Shown here: piece by piece, positions 15,186 through 19,626 of the stretch | Layout: each line of letters begins with the position of its first letter | Position numbering within the stretch: position 1 is the first letter of the stretch | IMG/VR virus record: IMGVR_UViG_2757320620_000001 | Span: 95,417-115,042 of that record | Length of the DNA stretch: 19,626 bases | DNA from: a virus | Taxonomy: Duplodnaviria; Heunggongvirae; Uroviricota; Caudoviricetes | Strand: one strand, 5' to 3' | Translations under genes and position numbers: made by a program | Notes under the pieces: generated by a model | The model's input: the letters and a program-made list of their open reading frames with translations, nothing else | Told to the model about the DNA's origin: nothing | The model's database searches: none

Positions 15186-15266
15186 TCCGGTCCGTCTCCC
15201 TTCTATGTATTTAATATCTAATAGTTAGTTAAAGATATAAGATACTATGAAGGGAGTTGGACCGGA
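15186..15266. repeat. AT-rich core flanked by inverted arms, copy 2 (upstream of terS)
   Basis: tccggtccNNctcccttc ... gaagggagNNggaccgga around a 45-bp AT-rich core. Confidence 0.85.
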
Positions 15267-15284
15267 TTGAGCGCGCGTGTTACG

Positions 15285-15304
15285 ATAAATAAATATTGAT
15301 TGAC
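15285..15304. promoter_or_regulatory. 20-bp palindromic operator, site D
   Basis: ataaataaatattgattgac, one mismatch; just upstream of the terS-like gene. Confidence 0.75.
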
Positions 15305-15312
15305 TGGTTCCG

Positions 15313-16002
15313 ATGATGACTGAAGAAACAACTGCTCCGGCGAACGAAGAAATTGCTGACGTAAAGGCCAAGCGGCTCTCGGATGCGGAATACGCCGAGG
15401 CCAAGGAACTCTATGAGCTCGGCACGATGCGTCTGTCGGAGCTCGGCGAGAAATACGACGTCTCCCGGCAGGCACTGTGGCGTCGTTTCAAGCAGGATGG
15501 CGTAGAATACGGCTCCAGAGCGTCAGAGGTGAGCGCCGCGGCATCGGCTGGTGTCAAGGCAGCGACGACGCAGGCTGCGGTTCAGCAGGTCGCTCAGCAG
15601 CAGGAGCGCTACAACGACAAGCGCGCCGAATGGATCGAGGAAACCAGGACTGCCGGCTACCGGGCGCTGAAGCAGGCCGACATGCTGGCAAAGAAGATCG
15701 TCACCGACGCCATCAAGGCGGCCGGGGCAGGGGCTATTCCCTCCGGCGCGATCGCTGCGACCAACGAAGATCTGAAAGCCGTCCAGCGCTACCAGAAGAT
15801 CCTGGTCGAAAACACCCTGACCAGGCTCGAAGTCCTGCGTGCCAATGAGCTGATCGACGAAGACGATCTGCCGGAGATCCATTTCGAGGATCTGACCGAC
15901 GACGACATTCTCTCGCACCACAAGGAGAACGGCCTGATCGACGAGGGCGAAGATCCGGATGCGATCCTGGCCGAGATCAACGCGGTGGAGATTACCGCGT
16001 GA
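15313..16002 (+). CDS. Probable terminase small subunit, 229 aa
   Basis: N-terminal HTH (LSELGEKYDVSRQALWRRF), long helical middle, overlaps the terL start. Confidence 0.7.
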   Translation: MMTEETTAPANEEIADVKAKRLSDAEYAEAKELYELGTMRLSELGEKYDVSRQALWRRFKQDGVEYGSRASEVSAAASAGVKAATTQAAVQQVAQQQERYNDKRAEWIEETRTAGYRALKQADMLAKKIVTDAIKAAGAGAIPSGAIAATNEDLKAVQRYQKILVENTLTRLEVLRANELIDEDDLPEIHFEDLTDDDILSHHKENGLIDEGEDPDAILAEINAVEITA

Positions 16003-17273
16003 GCGCACCGCTTGTTTTGAAGGCGCACCGCGGTCAGAAGATCGTTCTGAAGGATAAGCGCCGCTTCAAGGTCATCGTCGCCGGCCGACGCTGGGGCAAG
16101 ACGCAGATCTCCAAGATCGCGCTGATCAAGGCGGCCGTCAGCCGCAAGAATCAGCTGTGCTGGTATGTGGCGCCGACCTATCAGATGGCCCGGCAGATCC
16201 TTTGGGACGACCTGAAGCGCTCGATCCCGAAAGCGCTGATCGTCTATAACGGCATCAACGAGACCCGGATGACCATCCGGCTGATCAACGGCTCGCGCAT
16301 CGAGCTGAAGGGCGCCGACAATCCCGACACGCTGCGCGGCGTCGGCATCAACTTCCTGGTGCTCGACGAAGCCCAGGACATGAAGGAGGACACCTGGAAG
16401 ACGGTTCTGCGTCCGACGCTCGCCTCGACGGGCGGCCAGGTCATCTTCATCGGCACGCCGAAGGCCTTCAACTGGCTCTACGACATGTATGTGCTCGGTC
16501 AGCGCGGCGACACCTACCGCGACGACAAGGGCAAGATCGTCGTCAATTCGTGGAAGAGCTGGCAGTTCCCGACGATCATGTCGCCGTTCATCCCGCGCTC
16601 GGAAATCGAGACGGCTCGGCGCGAAATGGATCCGAAGAGCTTCCGCCAGGAGTTCGAGGCCTCCTTCGAATCGATGTCGGGCCGCGTCTACTATCCGTTC
16701 GACCGGCGCACGCATGTCGGCGACTATCCGTTCAATCCGAAGCTGCCGATCATCATCGGCCAGGACTTCAACATTGATCCGATGAGCTCGGTCATCATGC
16801 AGGAGCAGGCAAACGGCGAGATCTGGGTGATTGACGAAGTGATCTTGCTTGGCTCCAACACCCAGGAGACGGCCGACGAACTCGGGCGCCGCTATCACCG
16901 GCACATCAACAATATCACGATCTATCCGGACCCGGCCGGCAACAACCGCACGCACGCCCGCGGCGAGTCCTCGCTCGAGATCCTGCGCGACGCCGGCTTC
17001 AAGCGCATCAAGTTCCATCGCAAGCACCCGCCCGTTGATGACCGCGTCAACGCCGTCAACCGGCTGCTGCTTGACGCCGAGGGCACGATCCGCATGAGGT
17101 TCGACCGCAAGTGCAAGCACACAATCGATGCAATGGAGCAGACGATCTACAAGGCCGGCACCCGTGACGTCGACAAGAAGGCCGGCGTCGAGCACCCTGC
17201 CGACGCGCTCGGCTACTTCGCGGAGTTCGAATATCCGGTTCGCAAGGTTCGCATCCTCGGTGTCTCTCTGTGA
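15999..17273 (+). CDS. terL: Terminase large subunit, 424 aa
   Basis: AGRRWGKT Walker A, LVLDEAQ Walker B, IGTP, GQDFN nuclease motif, HPADALGY. Confidence 0.95.
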   Translation: MSAPLVLKAHRGQKIVLKDKRRFKVIVAGRRWGKTQISKIALIKAAVSRKNQLCWYVAPTYQMARQILWDDLKRSIPKALIVYNGINETRMTIRLINGSRIELKGADNPDTLRGVGINFLVLDEAQDMKEDTWKTVLRPTLASTGGQVIFIGTPKAFNWLYDMYVLGQRGDTYRDDKGKIVVNSWKSWQFPTIMSPFIPRSEIETARREMDPKSFRQEFEASFESMSGRVYYPFDRRTHVGDYPFNPKLPIIIGQDFNIDPMSSVIMQEQANGEIWVIDEVILLGSNTQETADELGRRYHRHINNITIYPDPAGNNRTHARGESSLEILRDAGFKRIKFHRKHPPVDDRVNAVNRLLLDAEGTIRMRFDRKCKHTIDAMEQTIYKAGTRDVDKKAGVEHPADALGYFAEFEYPVRKVRILGVSL

Positions 17274-17281
17274 CGTTGACG

Positions 17282-17301
17282 GTCAATCAATATTGATTTA
17301 C
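17282..17301. promoter_or_regulatory. 20-bp palindromic operator, site E
   Basis: gtcaatcaatattgatttac, perfect match; between terL and portal. Confidence 0.8.
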
Positions 17302-17329
17302 CATTGGCGTTCAATTTGAAGGACGGCCT

Positions 17330-18904
17330 ATGAACAAGGATCTGCTCAGGAGCTTTTACGATCGGCGACACCCGGATTACGCCCGGTCGATCGGCCATTG
17401 GCATTTCCTTGAGAAGACCTATGAGGGCGGCCGGGCCTGGTTCGAACAGAACATCTTCGCCTATCACAAGGAAGGTGAAGCCGAATATCTGAAGCGCATC
17501 GAGCGCGCCTACCGCTTCAACCACACCCGCGAAGTCGTCGAGCTGGTCACCAAATACCTGTTCAAGGGTCAGATCACCCGCGATACCGACAATGCGCCCC
17601 AGTCCGTCAAGGATTTCTGGAAGAACTCGACGCTGCAGAATATGCGCATCGACCAGCTGATGCGCTCGGCCGGCACCTCGAGCTCGATCAAGGGCCGCGT
17701 GGCGCTGATCGTCGACACCAATGCCCGCGAGGGCGCGATCTCGGTCGCCGAAGCCAAGAAGTCCAAGCGCAAGATCTACGCCTATACGGTCGATGCGACC
17801 GATCTGCTCGATTATGCCTATGACGAAACGGGCGACGGTGGTCTGCTCTGGGTCAAGGTGCGCGAATATTTCCGCGACGACGCCGACCCGATCCTCGGCA
17901 CCGGCGAAGTCGTCACCCGCGTGCGTCTGTGGACGCGCGAGGAATGGGTGCTGTTCGAAGAGCAGGAAGAGACCTCGCAGGAAACCCGCGGCCGCAAGAA
18001 GGTTGCCAAGAAGATCGTCGAAATCGACCGCGGCGCGCACGACCTGAAGAAGGTGCCGATCGTCTTCCTCGACCACATCATCACCGACAATCCGTATCGC
18101 ACGCCTGGTCTGATCGACGATATCGCCTATCTCGACCGCGCGATCGCCAACTACCTGTCGAACCTCGATGCGATCATCCAGGACCAGACCTTCTCGCAGC
18201 TCGCCATGCCGGCGCAGAACCTTCTGCCTGGCGAGGACGGCTACAATCAACTGATCGAGGCCGGCACCAAGCGCGTCTTCACCTATGACGGTGGCCTCGG
18301 CTCCGGCAAGCCCGAATACCTGTCGCCCGATCCGAAACAGGCCGGCGTCATCCTGACGGTGATCAACAAGATCATCAACGAGATCTACAATACCGTCGGC
18401 CTGGCCGGCGAGCGCACCAAGGAAGACAATGCCGTCGGCATCGACAATTCCTCGGGCGTCGCCAAGGCCTACGACTTCGAGCGCGTCAACTCGCTGCTGA
18501 CCTCGAAGGGCCAGTCCTGCGAGAAGGTCGAAAACGAACTGACCGAGCTGGTTTGCCTCTGGGCTGGCGAGACGCTGCCGGCAGACAAGCTGGTCAAATA
18601 TCCCGAGACCTATGACGTCATGCGTCTGATGGACGACCTTGCGGTCGCCGAGCAGCTCGCAACGATCATGGCGCCGGCCGAAGTTCGCCGTGAGCAGCTG
18701 CGCGTCGTCGTCAACAAGCTCTTCCCGCGTCTGAAGGCGGATATCCGCCAAAAGATGGAGAAGGACATCAGCAAATGGCTGGAAGGTGTGGATCTTCTGG
18801 CCGTTCCCTCAACCTTTGGCACGAAAGCGCCGGCCGGTCCCTCCAGACAGGGACAGGTCACGAAGACGTCGCCAAACAAACAAGGCGCCACAGCCGCAAA
18901 GTAA
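17330..18904 (+). CDS. Portal protein, 524 aa
   Basis: Position after terL, size, and motifs such as VPIVFL, DIAYLDRAIANYLS and SGVAKAYDF. Confidence 0.85.
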   Translation: MNKDLLRSFYDRRHPDYARSIGHWHFLEKTYEGGRAWFEQNIFAYHKEGEAEYLKRIERAYRFNHTREVVELVTKYLFKGQITRDTDNAPQSVKDFWKNSTLQNMRIDQLMRSAGTSSSIKGRVALIVDTNAREGAISVAEAKKSKRKIYAYTVDATDLLDYAYDETGDGGLLWVKVREYFRDDADPILGTGEVVTRVRLWTREEWVLFEEQEETSQETRGRKKVAKKIVEIDRGAHDLKKVPIVFLDHIITDNPYRTPGLIDDIAYLDRAIANYLSNLDAIIQDQTFSQLAMPAQNLLPGEDGYNQLIEAGTKRVFTYDGGLGSGKPEYLSPDPKQAGVILTVINKIINEIYNTVGLAGERTKEDNAVGIDNSSGVAKAYDFERVNSLLTSKGQSCEKVENELTELVCLWAGETLPADKLVKYPETYDVMRLMDDLAVAEQLATIMAPAEVRREQLRVVVNKLFPRLKADIRQKMEKDISKWLEGVDLLAVPSTFGTKAPAGPSRQGQVTKTSPNKQGATAAK

Positions 18905-18998
18905 CGGTCGAGATACTGACCAATCAGACTACCGATAGGCCAAGTGACCGGCCGCCCCTGTAAATAACGAACGCCCGAGAGACTGGGCAAGGATGAAA

Positions 18999-19626
18999 AT
19001 GATGACTGAAGTTCTGAAGAAGTATAGCCGCGCCTCCTCGTTTGGCGCGTTCGCAGCCGCTCCGATGTATCCGGGCGCACCGCGCATCGCATTTGCACCT
19101 CCCGGCGACGGTGATGGTGGCACCGGTGGCTCCGACGACGATGCCGCTGCAAAGGCCGCTGCCGACAAGGCTGCCGCCGAGAAAGCCGAAGCCGACAAAC
19201 TCGCAGCTGAAAAGGCTGAAGCCGATCGTCTCGCTGCCGAAAAGGCCGCTGGTGACGACAAGGACAAGAATAAGGACAATGGTCTGCTCGCCGAAGTGAT
19301 GGCGAAGAAGAACAAGATCAAGGATCTCGAAGCCACGCTCGCCCGCTTCGATGGTATCGATCCCGACGCCGTGCGCGCTCTCCTCGACGAAAAGCGCAAG
19401 ACCGAACTCGCTGCCGAAGAAGCCAAGGGCAATTTCGAACGCGTCAAGGAAATGATGGCCGAGGAGCACACCAAGGACAAGAAGAGCCTGCAGGACACGA
19501 TCGCCGATCTGCAGAAGAAGCTCGAAGGCGCCAACGGCACGATCAACGATCTGACCGTCGGCCGCTCGTTCTCCGAAAGCAAGTTCATCGGTGAAGACCT
19601 GGTGCTGCCGCGTGCCAAGGCGCGTG
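18999..19626 (+). CDS. Capsid scaffolding protein (truncated at window end; start ambiguous among 18993/18999/19002)
   Basis: Follows the portal; acidic Gly-rich N-terminal segment, AAEKA repeats, coiled coil, FDGIDPDAV motif. Confidence 0.75.
   Translation, partial: MMTEVLKKYSRASSFGAFAAAPMYPGAPRIAFAPPGDGDGGTGGSDDDAAAKAAADKAAAEKAEADKLAAEKAEADRLAAEKAAGDDKDKNKDNGLLAEVMAKKNKIKDLEATLARFDGIDPDAVRALLDEKRKTELAAEEAKGNFERVKEMMAEEHTKDKKSLQDTIADLQKKLEGANGTINDLTVGRSFSESKFIGEDLVLPRAKAR

Larger units (their letters stand above)
1..19626. mobile_element. Segment of a large temperate phage / probable phage-plasmid (tailed dsDNA phage)
   Basis: TerL, portal and scaffold in canonical order; a type Ib ParA + RHH partition pair; no integrase or host housekeeping genes in the window. 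The helicase-ParB-ABC-GNAT-terminase order resembles SSU5-like phage-plasmids as I recall them (not verified). Confidence 0.85.

Noticed and set aside
15186-15266. Protelomerase telRL site
   Set aside because: telRL sites are near-perfect palindromes through the centre; this core is asymmetric and no protelomerase gene is in the window.
19140-19250. gccgagaaag/AAEKA-type repeats
   Set aside because: Ordinary low-complexity protein repeat typical of scaffolding proteins.
12277-19618. Long minus-strand ORFs (12277-13371, 13985-15037, 15789-17195, 17213-18751, 18929-19618)
   Set aside because: Shadow frames of GC3-rich + strand genes with clear motifs.

Overview
This window is a roughly 20-kb segment of a large, high-GC (about 60-63% by eye) temperate phage that probably persists as a plasmid. 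The plasmid inference rests on a short ParA with an RHH partner and the absence of an integrase in the window. Left to right it holds: small early-type genes separated by motif-rich spacers; an anti-defence-like cluster (Acb2-like sponge, Ntn/proteasome-like peptidase); the par operon; a dNMP-kinase-like gene and an SF2 helicase; a ParB/ParB/ABC-ATPase/Tad2-like/GNAT/wHTH module; and the head module (TerS-like, TerL, portal, truncated scaffold). The standout observation is a 1.22-kb island (3419-4638) almost free of GG/CC dinucleotides (7 counted, about 150 expected at ~50% GC). It contains a whole transcription unit, whose main 188-aa protein is a recoded paralog of the normally coded 232-aa protein at 839-1537 and keeps only one Gly, the one shared with that paralog. 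The neighbouring spacers show the opposite bias, with 10-bp-phased CCNNGG arrays. I infer a system built around a GG/CC-targeted DNA modification or lesion, and the phage's own ABC-ATPase/GNAT module is the leading in-window candidate writer. All family calls come from motif recognition by eye; no searches were run.
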